Assembly: GCA_013265495.1 (NCBI GenBank) | Contig: MU057651.1 | Location: 2,582,948-2,646,947 of the forward strand | Length of the DNA stretch: 64,000 nt | Origin: Vicugna vicugna | Lineage: Eukaryota | Direction: 5' to 3' | Part shown: piece by piece, positions 50,130 to 63,469 of the stretch | Numbering within the stretch: position 1 is the stretch's first letter | Layout of the letters: each line of letters begins with the position of its first letter | Translations under genes and position numbers: made by a program | The notes under the pieces: model-generated | Databases searched by the model: none | Told to the model about the DNA's origin: nothing | What the model saw: the letters and a program-made list of their open reading frames with translations, nothing else

Positions 50130-53100
50130 CTCTCCAGTACCCGCCATCCACCCTGGGGTGAAGGTTCCAGCAGGCGCGTTGGCTGGAAGACGACTCCAGC
50201 CTCAACCCTCTAAGGAAGACCTGGGACCCGCTGACAGCATGGTAAGGACCCCACACCCGGGCTGGTGCATTTCCACAATGCCCGCTGCAGGTGAAGCCCT
50301 GCCCTGGACAACATGAGACGTGTGTCCTCATCGCCGAGCTACGGGGGCAGCCCCTGGGGATCCCCCAGCCCCACCCAGCTCAGCTCAGAGAGCAAAGACG
50401 GGGAGGGGAGGGGAGGCCACAGAGCAGGAGGGGGCTCCCTGCAGAAACCCTGGAAGAAACGGCCTATTGTGACCCGACGCCTTTACTGACCTCCCCTGAA
50501 TCAGTACTTAACAGACCAGATGGGTCTCCTGCAAAGAAAGCCCGGCCACAGGTGGAGGTCACCCAAGGCTTACCTGCTGGAGGCTCGCCCAGGCCCTGTG
50601 TGTCTGGCGGCCGCCCGGCTGGACTGGGAGGACCCAGGTGAGGAGCAGCGGCTGGTCACGGTCAAGGTCACGGGCCCGCTGCTCCCCGCAGCCCCGTCCT
50701 CGGGTTCAGCATGGCGTGCAAATCCAAGGCTGGAAAGGCAAAGAAAGAGGCTGTCACTGAACGCACTGAACTCGCACCGACGTGGACTTCACGCTCTGCA
50801 CCCCGGGATAACGTTTTTTAAAAGAGACACACAGAATATTGTTTTTCAAGGAGATCCTTTCAAAGATGGACTCCGGAAGAAGTCCACAAGAGGCACGTCT
50901 GGAGTCACCACGTCACCTGACCGCAGGGACAAACAGAGGAGCCCTGGGAAGTCACTGGGCTCCCAGGTCACTGCCCGTCGGCTTCCCGCGCGGGGCGGGT
51001 AAGGAACAGGCCTCTTCAAGGCCAAGGTCACCCACAAGGCAGGCTGCGAGCGCTGATCAGCGCGCACGTTCCTCGCCGGGCCCTGCCAGGCCGCCGCCCT
51101 CAACCCTGCCCACGGGGACCGCCACCATCCCGCATCCCAGACCGGGTTCCGGTGTCCGGTGCCCCGTGCCGCGAGCTCCTCCACGTGGCCCCTGAGTGTC
51201 CCCCGGGAGGGAGGGAGGGAGAGCAGGCGACCTGCACGTTGAATCCCGGCCACTGCCTTTGGTTCATTTATCCAGCTCCCATTCCTGCGGGCCGAGGCGC
51301 TGTGCGAGGCGTGGAGGACAGGGTGGGGACCGAGACAAACGCCGGCCCTGCCGGAGTGAGTGTTGAGCCCCCCGGACAACGGTGTCCCTCACCCTGGCCC
51401 CTCCGCAACGCAGGGGACAGAAAGGCCGCCTCCCTGAGGATTTTAACACACGGCACTGGAACGCCACGGAATCTTCCTCCGCCTAAATGAGACGCACTCG
51501 GGCCAGGACGCGGCGGGGAGGTCAGCCCAGACCGGCGATGAGCATCTTTAGCAGCCTGTGTCCCCAGCTCCGAAATCGGCACGAGGCTGTACCTCCCCCC
51601 AGGGCGTCTGTGAGGATGCAGTGAGCTAATGCAGGGACAGACTCAGCATCGCACCCAGAAAATGATCGACAAGGATACAGTTATCTCCAACTACGGCATG
51701 TCCAACAGCTCTCCGACCGTCGGACGCTGAACGCGTCGGCCGCCTGCAAGCTGTGAAGCCTGCGACACATGCAGGGCACGCTGGTCTTCTGGGATCAAAA
51801 GGGAAACTCCTGGCGTGTGATCAGCTGTCTGCTCAAAGCTGGGCATGAGCTGCACGCACGGAGGCGTTTTATTAAAGGTGCCTGCTCTCACCCTCAAAGA
51901 TTTGTAAGTCTGGGAAGCATGATAAGGTGTATTCTGAGTGGAACATCTCTGAATTCTGGTTAAAAAAAGAGTTAAAAAACTCAAGGTAAGAAAAAAAAAA
52001 AGGTGACTCAAATAATGGGCTGGAATGTCACGTTGGGAAGTGAACCTGGGGTGACGGGATGGCAGCTGAAGCCTCTGGGTCACCTGTAACCCTCAGACGC
52101 TAAGACGTGTCCCCTCTTCCCCGGAGAACTTCATCTTCTCCTGGATTCCAATCCAAACGCCCCAGGACCACTTCCAAACACATTGTTCACGCAGCTGCCT
52201 TCAAATTTCCAACACGTGCCTGGCAGATTGGCATTTTTTTTTTTTTTGCAATAGGCAAAATAAATTTATCTATAATGAAGCAAAGACGACCTAAGAATTA
52301 CCTGTCAGACTGCTCACCGCTTCAACCATTCTGGGCTATTTTTTAAGAAAGTGGATGTTGAATTTCACATCGACATTACACTGATAAAACAGAGACCATA
52401 AGATTTTTGAACTTGAACTGATAAACTGAAATGTTCCCAAGACCCAGGATCTCCAGGACCGACCAACAGACACGAGGCAGACAAACCTCTAGGCTCTGTT
52501 TCCAGAGGCCCCACCCAGAGCCCCCACATCCCCACCTCCCTGGACCCCGGCGACGCCCCACAAGCTCCCCGCGCCGACCTGGCCGGCTGCGCGCCCACCC
52601 ACAGGGGAAATGGCGCCCTCTCGTCCCCAGTCGCCCATCAGGCAAAGTCACACTCCCCACCCAGTTTCACGGCCAGACACGACACACACGTCAAATCTTA
52701 AAGAATATACGAACTTGGGCAAAAAAAAATAAATAAATGCCTTAACTTACTTCCAAAGGGTTCCAGAAACAAAGGACCTCTTGGTTGCCCTTTCGCGTCT
52801 TTGGTATCTTCCAGAAATTCCTGAGTTAACGTCAAGTTTTCCTTCGGTCCAACTTTCTCCCACTAAATATTTAGAGTCATAACAGTGACTATTTAGACAC
52901 TCAACAACCCGGAGCGCTCGTGAGGGGAATGTCCAGCCCGTTTGGAATGAGGTCTGGGGCTTCTTACAAGAGGACAGAATATCCTTAATCAAAAAAAAAT
53001 TATTTTTTTAAATTAAGTTTTGTGAGAAGGTGCTTGTGAAGACAAAGTGAGAAATACACGAATGAAACGGGATGGAAGACGAGGCCAAGCTTTTTAAGCA

Positions 53101-53829
53101 ATTTTAACACTTCTGAATGCTGCTGCTGGCGCCGGCCGACAGCTTAAAGAAGAAGGGACAGTTGACACCATAGTGTCACCCGCTCCTCGCTGCCCTCGCG
53201 TGCACCCGCACGGGACCACGGAGGCTTGTGTCGTCGAGGCAGCAGAACTGAGAACCAAGGATGCTGGAACAGGAGGAAGTTACAACGGGGACATTCCCAC
53301 CCAAACGCCAACACCAGGAAGGGCCCTCCCATGGGAGCCTGTCCACCAGGCGACACTCGGCGCTCCACCCACAGGGATGGAGGGCGTGGCCCAGGACAGG
53401 GTGCTCACATCTCAGGAAGAGCGTCCCACCTGTCCGCCGTCACGGAAACCGATAAGACGTAACCAGAACGTGTGAACAAGCCCAGAGCCCACCTGGGTCT
53501 CATTTTCAGGGGCAACCAGGTGACCCTGCCAGTCCTCACCACGGGCCTTCCGGGCGACACCAAGCCAGCCTGAGCAAAAGCGGGTTGTCCAAAGGACGCC
53601 TGTGCAAGACCACACGGACGGCCACACGGCGAGACAGAAGCGCAGCCTCTTCCAAAGGGGCAGAACGCTTCCCTCCAAAACTAGCCCAGAATCTGCAGAG
53701 CAGACGGACAGGACACCTGCAGACACACAGACACGGTAACTGACCAGAAAAGGGCGGAGAGCGCCCTCTCTCCAGGGCGGACACCCACACATGCACGTGT
53801 TAGTTCAGTCCTAGGAACAGCCCTAAAAG

Positions 53830-54400
53830 ATCCACGATTTGAGAGAGAGAAATTATTTGGGAGAGATTAAACACCTGGATGGATGTAAATATGCTAAGTT
53901 CCTGGGCGGGGGAGGGTGTAGCTCAGGAGCGCATGCCTAGCGCGCACAAGGTCCTGGGTTCAATCCCCAGCCCCTCCATCAAATAAAAAAAAAATAATAA
54001 TTATTATAAATAAGTAAATAAACCCAATGACCTCCCCCCCACCAAAAAAAAAAAAAAAAATAATATGCCAAGTTCCTAAATAGGAAGATCAACCAGCACA
54101 AAGATGTCGAGTCTCTCATACAAGCAATTCATTTACAAATTAAAATTGGTTTTGCAAACGAGATGCACGACCGACCTGGATTCTTTAAAACTGACAGAAA
54201 AAGCGGGAAGACTGTCGATCCGTGAGCGTCACGGGAGAACTACTCACTTCACGTTGTAAGACATCATAGAGCAAAAGCGATTCAGACAGTGCGGTAACGG
54301 CCGGGGACACACGCTAGTGTCCAGCAGGAAGAGTGGGGTGTGCAAATGTGAATTTGAGTGTCTCATGGTAGCACCATGTGTTACATGAACTATCCTAGCA
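53830..54400 (+). mobile_element. Ancient L1 ORF2 remnant, possibly continuing at about 56000-56600
   Basis: ataggaagatcaa...aaagatgtc...taagacatcatagagcaaaagcgattcagacagtgcggta resembles degenerate L1 ORF2. Confidence 0.5.
53904..54061 (+). mobile_element. Vic-1-type SINE inserted in an old L1
   Basis: ggggagggtgtagctcag...gtcctgggttcaatccccag with poly-A. 16-bp TSD aatatgc(t/c)aagttcct at 53888-53903 and 54062-54077. Confidence 0.92.
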
Positions 54401-55269
54401 GGAGTGTGTCTGCATCTTCAAACGCCTGCAACCTGGCACACCCAGGGTCCGTGGGACTGGAATCCCTGGGCACCTCCCGTTTCTTGACTCTCCCAACGAT
54501 GCCACCCAAGATGAAGGTGACAACCGTGGCAAAGACCGGATGGCAAAGACCGTCACCCTTCCCTCACCTCTTAGACGTCAGATATTCCACCAAACGCTCT
54601 CTGCTGGAGGCTGTCGGAGGTTGAAAGCAGTAAAGGCACGTGAGAGACAAAACAAGACACAAACATTAGTGGTTCTTGATGAAAAATAACTAAATACAGT
54701 CAATTCTTGAGGGAGAAGCATGGTCCCATTTTACAGATGGAAAAACCAAGGCTGGAAGCCGGAAAAGCACCTGCTTAGGTCACTCAGCTTTTCTGTTTTT
54801 TTCAATCACACTGTTTGCAACACGGTTTATCTTTCTCTTTGAGAGAGAAAAATAGCCGAAAGACAGAGCATGAAATTCAAAGCAAAAAAAGATCGAGGGA
54901 GCATTCCCGCTTGCAGAAATTCAGATTTCAGCGTGGGGTCTTAAATAAGGAGCCGTCTTCACCTGGCAACTGGCACCTGTCAGACACCTCCCGCAGGAGG
55001 AAGACGCACCAGAAACCTCCCCGTTAAATGAGGGCCAGGCAGCGCGCGATTACACCGTTAGCCACAACTGTTTTAAGATCCTAGACAACACGGTGAGACA
55101 AAGAACAGAACCGAAGTGTAAATGTTGACCAGGAAAAGATCAGCCGGCGTTATGCGCAGACGAAATGCGGGGCTATCAGCGAAAAGAGTTGGTGCTAATG
55201 CCAGCATCTAACAGGATGGAGCTCCCAGAGTCCGCACATCTCAGCCCTCGGGTATGTGGGCACCGAGCC

Positions 55270-55717
55270 TGCAGAACAAAACGGCCTCCACGCTGGGTCT
55301 GTTTCTTTTACTTTAACCTTTGTACCTACTGTTTCCCCTACAAGTTAAGAATGTTGCCTCGAGCCTGAAATAGACGGGAGAGCCCATTCTCCAGGCTCTG
55401 ACCTTTAAGGGTGTAACGCTTTCCCATTCATTTAAAGATAACAAGTTGCAGAATAGAAAATAACATTTGTTTTGTTGGAGGTTTGCAGGGGCACCATGAC
55501 CTGACCCCCGGGGACAGCTGCAAGAACAAAGAATTCCCACACCAAGAGGTTTGCACCAGCCAACCACATCCCATCTCCTTTTAATATAAAAGGAGCCTGA
55601 ATTCTAACCTGGGGAAGAGGGTTCTTTGGGACACGGGTCCACCATCTTCTTGGTCTGCTGGCTTTCTGAATAAAGTCACTATTCTCTGTCCCAACACCTT
55701 GTCTCTCGATTAATTGG
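55270..55717 (+). mobile_element. ERV1-like LTR, 3' end apparently truncated
   Basis: TG start, TATAAAA 55585-55591, AATAAA 55669-55674, U5-like ccaacaccttgtctctcgat. Confidence 0.75.
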
Positions 55718-57213
55718 GGAAAACAAAACTTTTAGTGAGGGACCTGAAAGAAACTGGCAGGAGGACGTGAAGGGGAGCCAAGCCCTTCCCTCCCGTCAGT
55801 GAGCGGTGAGGCCGGTACCACCCCAATGAAGAGCCCAGTCTTCCAGGGTCTCCGTTTGCAGGTCCCCAGACAGCGAGCAGACACGGAGGCCTGGAGAGCC
55901 CACCTGGACGAAGCAAATGGCAATGCAGGGATGAGAAGTAAGACCAAGGATTCCTGGCTATCGCTGCTCAGTTAGACTCAGGCAAGTCCTGCTCCTGATG
56001 GACATAAACACACCATGAACATGACGAAATGCCCTAAGATGAACTATGGAAAAAGAGGACGGTGTTCCTAAGCAAGATTCTTAACCCGGAGGCCAGGGAG
56101 GAAAAATCAACTCCTTTACAGCGGAAGGCCCTCTGAATAAAATCAAAAGACACGCCGACAGCCTTGGGAGCAACTGCTCTCAGCACAGGCAGCAAAATGC
56201 ATTCAGTAAACCTCTTGTTTATTAAAACAAGAAAGCATGAGTGGCCCGGCGTAAAAACAGCGAAAAGACGGAAGCAAACAATTGGCCAAACACACGTGGA
56301 AACCCACTCAACTCCACAGGTAACCACGGGAACACAAACTAGGACGGCCACAAGTGAGCTATACATTTTGACTCATCAGACTGCCGACAGTTTTAAAACC
56401 AGGATGGGCCCCGAGGGCTCGGCACGGCCTGGGAGGCAGGGCTCCCCTAAGCTGGCGGCGGGGTACCCTGAACACACTCTGGGCGGCCATCTGGGCAAGC
56501 ACGTCCCACACTTCAGCCTTCGGGGCAGGAATCCCACTTCTCGTAACTCATGCTCGTGCACCAGGCGACTACTGCCACGGTCTGCAGCCCAGGAATGCTG
56601 GAGGTGACCCAAATCCACCTGCCTGGCACCACCGGCTCACAGCAGCGGCCCCCGGCAGGTACACACGGGAGAACCCAGGGGTCCGGCTCCAGCCCCCGCT
56701 TCTCTCACCCCTCCCTCCCATGCAACCCACCAGGCCAGTCAAGTTTGGCTGCAGAAGTATCTGCAACCATCCACTATTTCCATCTCAGCTGCCAACACCA
56801 GGCCACCACTCTCATCTGCCCCGGGACCATCTCCCACCACCTGTGCCTTCTACCCTTCTGAGGCCAGCAGTGGGCTTCCGATGCACCCCAGTGCCCACCC
56901 ACAGCCACCAGTCCAGATCCAGGGGATCCTGTCCCCACCTCGGGCTCCCAGGGAGCGGCTGACCCAAGACCGATCCCGCCCGCTGGCCGCCTCCAAGTCC
57001 TGACGCTCCCCACCCTGGTGGCCTTTGCATGTTCCATGTCCTCTCGCAGGGACGTCCCCACCTTTCTTCCTCCTCCCCTTGCAACCGAGTCACCCTAAAG
57101 CCGAGTTCTCCAGCCGAGTTTATCATTAACCTCTCCATCCAAAACCTTATTTCCTTTCTTGCCCTGAACCTGTTCCCCTCAAAATTGAGGAATATCGAAG
57201 AAAAAGGGGGGAA

Positions 57214-57816
57214 TGAAACCGAGCAGGACCCGGGTACAAAAGCCCCTCTGTGTCCCCGTCTCTTGTTTGTAGAGAAAGGCTTTAGTCTCCTAGGCCTTTT
57301 CTGAGTCCCCAAGGGCAGGCTCACGCTCGTGCTAATTGGGGAAGTGAGGGAACACAGAGACAGAGCAGAAGCAGTAGAGCAAGAAAAGCAATGAAAGCTC
57401 CAACGACAGTCGACAGTAAGACAGAGCCCCATTTCCTCCAGGGACAAGGGACATACATGGCAATCAGATGCGTATCCCTGAGTGGTTCTGCAGGAACTGA
57501 GACCCCCCCCCAGGTGAAGGAGGCTGACCATAAGCACATGGACCCCAGACTGATTGGAACCCAAAGGCTGATGATGAAAATCCCTGTTACCTCACCACCA
57601 GCCAATCAGAAGAATGTCCATGAGCGGCAACCCTCCCCCCAGATGCTGCCTTTAAATCCCCTTCCCTGAGGCCATCTGGGAGCTCCGGTCTTTTGAGCCT
57701 GAGCTGCCCGCTCTCCTTGCCGGGCGCCTGCAATAAACACTGTGCTCTACTTCACCACAACCCGGAGTCAGCAAATCAGCTCTGCTGTGCACGGGCACGA
57801 GTTCAGTTCAGCAACA
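57214..57816 (+). mobile_element. ERV1 solo LTR (MER41-like)
   Basis: TGAAACCGAG...CAACA ends, CCAAT 57602-57606, tttaaa 57651-57656, AATAAA 57732-57737. Confidence 0.8.
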
Positions 57817-58194
57817 GCCTCCCGGCATTCCATCCACCCTGTCCGGGCCCCGACCAGTGGCCCCTCCAGCCTGCACCCCCCCCATAAGCCTGGTCTTACA
57901 GTGCAAGGATTCTCTGGGCTGGTAGGCGGCCGGCCTGGCTCAGCCCCAGGGAGCTGCTGGCCTCCACTTCTCAACTGTGAACCAGAATGAAACAGTCCCG
58001 GCCTCACGCAAGGACTGCGTGGTGCAAGTCCCACAAAGGGCCTCCCCCAGAACTGGTGGGAGGCGGCACCTGACCAGCGCGGGCAACTAAGATAAGAGAG
58101 CTGAGGACCAAGGCCACGCTCGTGTGAAAGAAGGTGCGTGAGAAACGTGCACTGTGTGCACCTCTGTGATGGGGCAGGACCCTTCTAAGAGGCC

Positions 58195-58475
58195 ACGTGT
58201 AATGCACAATGTGATTAATGCATGCAAAATTGCTTATGTTATATATGAAAGTTGCTGAGAGTAAATCCTGAGTTCTCATCGCAAGGAAAAAATATTTTTC
58301 TTTTGCCTTTAAAATTCTGCATCTACAGGACATGTGGATGTTCATTAAACACACTGTAGGCATCATTTCACGATGGACGTAAGTCAAATTATTATGCTGA
58401 ACACCTTAAACAGACACAGAGCTGTATGTCTGTTTTATCTCAATAAAACTGGAAGGGGGGAAAATAAATAAATAA
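58195..58475 (+). mobile_element. L1MB-like 3' end
   Basis: gaaagttgctgagagtaaatcctgagttctcatc...atcatttcac...tatctcaataaaactgga. Confidence 0.8.
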
Positions 58476-59749
58476 AAGACCAGAGAGCTCTCGTGTACTC
58501 CGTATCCAACACGGGTGGACACAGGGAGAAGGTGGTGTGTGCAAAGCAAGAGGTGCCCTCGCCAGACACCGAATTTGCCAGGACTTGACCTTGGGCGTCC
58601 TGGATCCGGCAGCGTGGGAAGTGAGTCAGAGCAGCCCCGGCAGATTCGACCAGGGTGGACGCCCTGACCGTGCCCCGCAGCGGGAGCCGCTCAGGAAGGG
58701 AGAGGAAGACCCGTGTGCTGGTCCCCACCCTGCAGATGTGAACGACCCGCACCCTGGCACCGGCCCCCCGGTCCCTGCTCCTCGGCGGACAGGCTCTCCT
58801 CGGGGCTCCGGGTCACTCAGGAGGGACGTCCGGGCTCTGGGGCCTCTTCCCAGAAAGCAGAATGTTCTGGGCTGGCACACGAGCTGGTCTTTGGTCCTCG
58901 TGGCCCATGTCCACTCGTCCCACCGAGAGACACAGGGTTTCCCTCACGCTGACCCTGCGCACGCCCTGAAGTGTCCCCTGGGGCTGAGGAATGCTTCTTC
59001 CACGGTCCTATCAAGGTACATCTCAATCCCGCCCACCAGCGAGCCCCCCACGATGGGGCCTGACCCCCCCGGCTCCGGACCCCTCATCTCCGTGGTCATG
59101 ACGTGAGCCTGGGCAGGGCTGAACCCCGACACCCACTGAGCCTCTCTGCCCTCCCGCAGCCACCGTTCAGCTCCCCAGTCCCACCCCACCCGATGTCCCG
59201 GACCACCTGCCCGGGACTCGGGACATGGGCCAAGTGAGCGGCAGAAACCCCGGGACGCCGTCTGAGCCTCGGGTTCCTCCTCTGTGCAAGGAGAGCCCCA
59301 GCCTCCCTGCTTCCCAGGTCAGGGTGCGGAGTGGGAGCTCATTTGGGTAAAAAAATTTCACACCCAGCATCTCATTCTCCATCTCCCTGTGATGCACGCG
59401 ATTAAAGCTATCACCACGGGCTAACTTCACACAGTCTCTGGGAAAGGTTCCTAAAGTTCATCTCCATCTTTTTAGAATCCTATTGTAATGCACAGCCGTG
59501 ATGCAAAGCGCTCAGGAAAGGTCAGAGCCATCACTCCGCAAGGGAGCCTTCACGGTGGGGGAAGGCGGTGTCCAGATCCGAGCGGGAGTCTCCTTTCAAC
59601 CCAAACCGCCTGCTTGAGCAACCGGAACAGTTCTCTCTACAGATGGACACCATGTAGTCCTCACGCCCTCGCCCTCCCCTCCACACCTCCCTCGCTCACT
59701 GGTTCTCGACACCCCCTGGGTCTACCCTAAGGCTTGCGTGCTTCACCTG

Positions 59750-60280
59750 GATGGGATAATGATTAAAAATAAAGATCTGGTCCTGTCCCAGGTCCTGGGG
59801 CACAGCTCCTAAACCTCTCAGGTTCTCCAGACGATGGAGTACCTTTTAGGAACTTGCAGCCTCATCCATGACCTCCAGGGAGGGGACGGGGGCTGGAGAC
59901 TGAGTTAAGCACCAATGGCCAGTAATTCATCCATCATACCTGCCTGATGGGACCACCACAAAACCCCCTAAAGGGCAGGGCTCAGAGAGCATCCAGGTCA
60001 GTGCACACTGTGGGGTGCTGCGAGGGGGCGCACCCACAGGGGACACGGAGGCTCCGGGCACCCCCACCCCAGCCGCTCCCCTGCACATCTCTAATCTGGC
60101 TGTTCCTGAGTTGGGTCCCTTATGATCCCTTCTGGCCATCTCAGGTCCTTTAACCAGACAGAGAGTGTCACGACTGAGCTGAATTGTAGACACCCAGCTG
60201 GCGTCCCAGTTGGAGAATTGGGGTCACGAGGCAAAAAAAAACCCTCATTCCTTTGGTGTCAGAAGTATGGTGGGTAAAAA
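59750..60280 (+). mobile_element. MER21-like LTR
   Basis: ggcacagctcctaaacc...gctggagactgagtt...ccaatggcca...gaattgtagacacccagctggcgtc...ttggtgtcagaagt. Confidence 0.75.
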
Positions 60281-61859
60281 TGGCTTAACACAGGGCCATC
60301 TCACCCTCCAGCGCTAGTCCGTCCTCCCCCAAGGTGAGGTCCTGGCCAGCAGCACCCAGCGCCCACCCCCACCCTCCGCTGGTTCTGTGGTCACACGGAG
60401 GCCCTTCATGCCCTCGGGGGGCTGCAGGTGTCCTGGGCCTTCTGATCTGCCGGCAGGGGCAGGAGGGAGAGGACACAGGACCCCTTGCTCACCCATCACA
60501 GCACACCTTTCCCGCATCAGATCAAAAGCGCCACCTCGTCTGCCTTCCTGTCTCTGCCGCTTAATTCTCCCTGGTTCCAACGCACTACTCGTCACATCCC
60601 CCACCAGTTAACGATGACTTGAGGGCCAGGCAGCCCACACTGGGCAGGACGCGTAGCACACGCTCAGGGGACGCGCTGGACCAGCGGCTGGAAACGGCCC
60701 TCACATCACAGCCCCGCACTAGTGCCCGGCTTCCCACCGCCCGGTGGAGGCCGCAGCCCCCCGCCGGCGCCCCAGACTCCCAGCTGACCGGCACCTGTCA
60801 CCCCAGCCCATCACGTCAAGGTGGCATGAGCATTTCCACTTCGCACCCACATTTTAACCCCCCAAAATGCCTGAATATGCCGTCAAACCCAAGATCTAGG
60901 CTCCCCCTTTATTTGGCCGCAGTGACTCTGGACCTGGAGTCTTCAGGGCCTCTCTGAGCCCTGGGTGAGGGGACAGAAGCAAGGGACTAACCAAAGGGAC
61001 GGCTGGTGCCCCCGCCCAGTGCTCCCCTCCCTACCTTCCCCGGGGGGAGTAGGGATAGGGACCCCAGCATTCCCAGCCCCTGCTCCAAAACCACCCCCAG
61101 ACACCAAGGTGTGACCTGCCCTGTCCCCTCCATCTCTCCCGACTGCATCCTGCAGGTTCCTAGAGGCCGGGTGGCCTGTGACTGACGTGGCACAGATCCC
61201 AGGACCCCGGCAACTTCCCTTAAGCCATATGCTACAGGGATTTACAAAAGGTGAAATGCTGTGGCTCTCTCTCATTCAGCGTCTTTTATTTGAAAAATAT
61301 GGGCTTTTTTTTTTCCCATTAAAGATGTTGCTTCAGTTTACAAATGACGGGTTTATTATTATTCTATTAATATTTGTCTTCATTTCTAAAATGACAAAGT
61401 CACAGGGCCACGTGGCCACAAGCTCTCCAGGGGCTTCTGGCACTTGTAACAGCATCCTTCGTAAAGGCGAAGGTGGGAGAAGGGGGACACCAGGAGCTAG
61501 GCACCTCTGGACAGAAAGCCTCGGGTCTTGGGAAAGGAACCAGAGACTTCTTCCAGAGATTTTCTCAGAAATGATACTGAATTTCAGAACTCCTCAGAGA
61601 GGTGACCCTCTGCACGGTGTCCCTGGCCAGAGCCCACGTGGAGGGCGCTCCCCTCAGAGGACAGGAGGGGACCCACGCTGGGCGGACCCCTTTGACCATG
61701 GCTCAGCTGCGCTCCCCAAAGGCTGGTCCCGGGCTCATCCAGGCCAGACGCACACTCTGAGTCACTGCCAACCGTCTTTCCTGCCCCCGTCCCCCATGAG
61801 CCACCAAACAGGCAGCATCAGAGGGAAAATGTCACATGTCCAGTATTTCCAGTTTTCAA

Positions 61860-62400
61860 GCAGAGTTCCGGGACAGCCGCAGGGCAGGCGGGCGGGCTCC
61901 CCCTCTTCCTCGGGGAGCGGACGCAGACCCACCGGGCAAGGTAGCCTTCAGGGCGATGCGCGCATGATGCGCGCATGATGTGCGCGGGGTGCGCGGGATG
62001 CGCACATGTTCCCATCACTGCCGGAGCCAGGATCGGCTCCGACCCTGATCCGGATCTGCACCCCGATTCCGGAGGCACTGTCCCTCCGTGGACTTGGGAG
62101 CCCCAAGCGCGCAGCCCTCGGGCACCGCGGTGTCTCCCCGCCTCCTCCGGGCTCGGACCTCCCCGCACCCAGCGCGGCGGGATTACCACGCCAGGGCCTC
62201 CGAGCGCGCTTAAGTAAGGGAAAGAGGATCTATTTCTGACCTGCGTACGCGGGATTGACTCTTCTAAATAGGGCAAGGGCCTGGTAATGCCTGTTATCTC
62301 TACCCCGAGGAGCCGGCCCTGCAAGGAGGGCGGAGAGAAGCAGTGCCGGAGCGCACGTCCTCATCGGCCGGCAGCCCAGGGTCACCCTGAGAGGCTTTTC
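61860..62400. promoter_or_regulatory. CpG-island-like patch upstream of the GRB10 ATG exon
   Basis: Visibly dense CpG, GC box (ggcgggcggg) and tandem gatgcgcgcat units. Function not established. Confidence 0.45.
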
Positions 62401-63469
62401 AAAAGTCAGATGAACTCAGATGGCACACAGATGCCCCGAAACCCGGCACTGACCTACCAGAGCCTACGTGACTCGCCTCGGGGATGGAGGTCAATTCAGG
62501 TGGCCCCTCCCTGCACCTCTGGAACCACCCGCAATGATCTCAATAAATAAGAAAAGGACAAAACTGCGAAGAGTTCCTGGTGCAGGAGCAGGTCCCTGCC
62601 TCCAAAAGGCAAGTCAAAACCCAGGCCCTTCTGGGCAACACGCAGAACTACAGAGTGGCCACTTCTGTGTGATGGTGCATCCCCAGGCAGGGCAAAATAT
62701 ACCTCTGTTTCCGAACTTACCAGCTTCCAGAACATTCTGAACCCCGGAGTCCCAGGACTTTGGAGAACGTAGCATTCTGCCTGCAAAACTCCCCCAGGGA
62801 GCAGGAAACGTATGTTTGTTGAAGCCCTACTGTGTGCCGGGCACTGTGCAATGTATTGACTGACACTTCCCTTTGATATTTACAATCCCTGAAAGAATTA
62901 GCACTGTGGGCGGGGTCTGTGCTCTCCTGACACACGCCCCCCGGGCATTCGAGTCGCTGGAAACACATCACCCCTCTTTCCCCCTTCCTCCTTCCACGGT
63001 GGCATTCAGAGGGGTCCGAAGACCTGGAAGTGTGATTCCAGCTCTTCCACTAACACCCGCTGGACCCCGAACCAGGCACCTATCTGACTGTGAGGGGCGC
63101 CCATTTCCACACCTGTGTAGAAGGAAGTCTCTCCCTCTCCCCCTTGCAGGTTTGTCCTGAGGACCCAATGCAACCCACAGCCTTGCAGAGTAAGGAATTC
63201 ACCACCCCCGGGTCATGTTGTTCTGGTCCTTCCCAAACAGCAGCACAGCACCCTGTCCCAGCAGGGCTGGAGCTCCCTGGGAAAACACACACCTCGCCGT
63301 GATCCCATCCCAGCAACGGCAAGGATGTGGTACCAAAGGCCCACAGCAGCCGATTCAGGTTTCGGCGTTTTATAAAATGTTCTTCTGAACGTAATTTACT
63401 CAGTAACTGCTCACATCTTAGCAGCCTTTCTTCCAGCATAAGGATAGTTCTAAGAAGAAAGGAATGTAG

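Noticed and set aside
52751..52983. Candidate upstream non-coding GRB10 exon (donor AA|GTAAGT, acceptor ttaag|)
   Set aside because: Splice-like signals only; weak acceptor and no homology I can verify.
53904..54061. tRNA-Ala genes (this copy and its relatives)
   Set aside because: Degenerate cloverleaf, A-rich tails and TSDs show these are SINEs.
62241..62387. Candidate non-coding exon in the CpG patch (ctctcag| ... CAG|GTCAGA)
   Set aside because: Poor polypyrimidine tract and no supporting evidence.
61860..62400. GRB10 germline imprinting control region
   Set aside because: Small, no TGCCGC motif seen, and orthology cannot be shown from the sequence; kept only as a candidate regulatory patch.
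2640..63456. Isolated GAS motifs (e.g. 2640, 15013, 19224, 28999, 61562, 63448)
   Set aside because: A motif with six fixed bases is expected many times by chance in 64 kb; only the close pair at 41846-41885 was kept.
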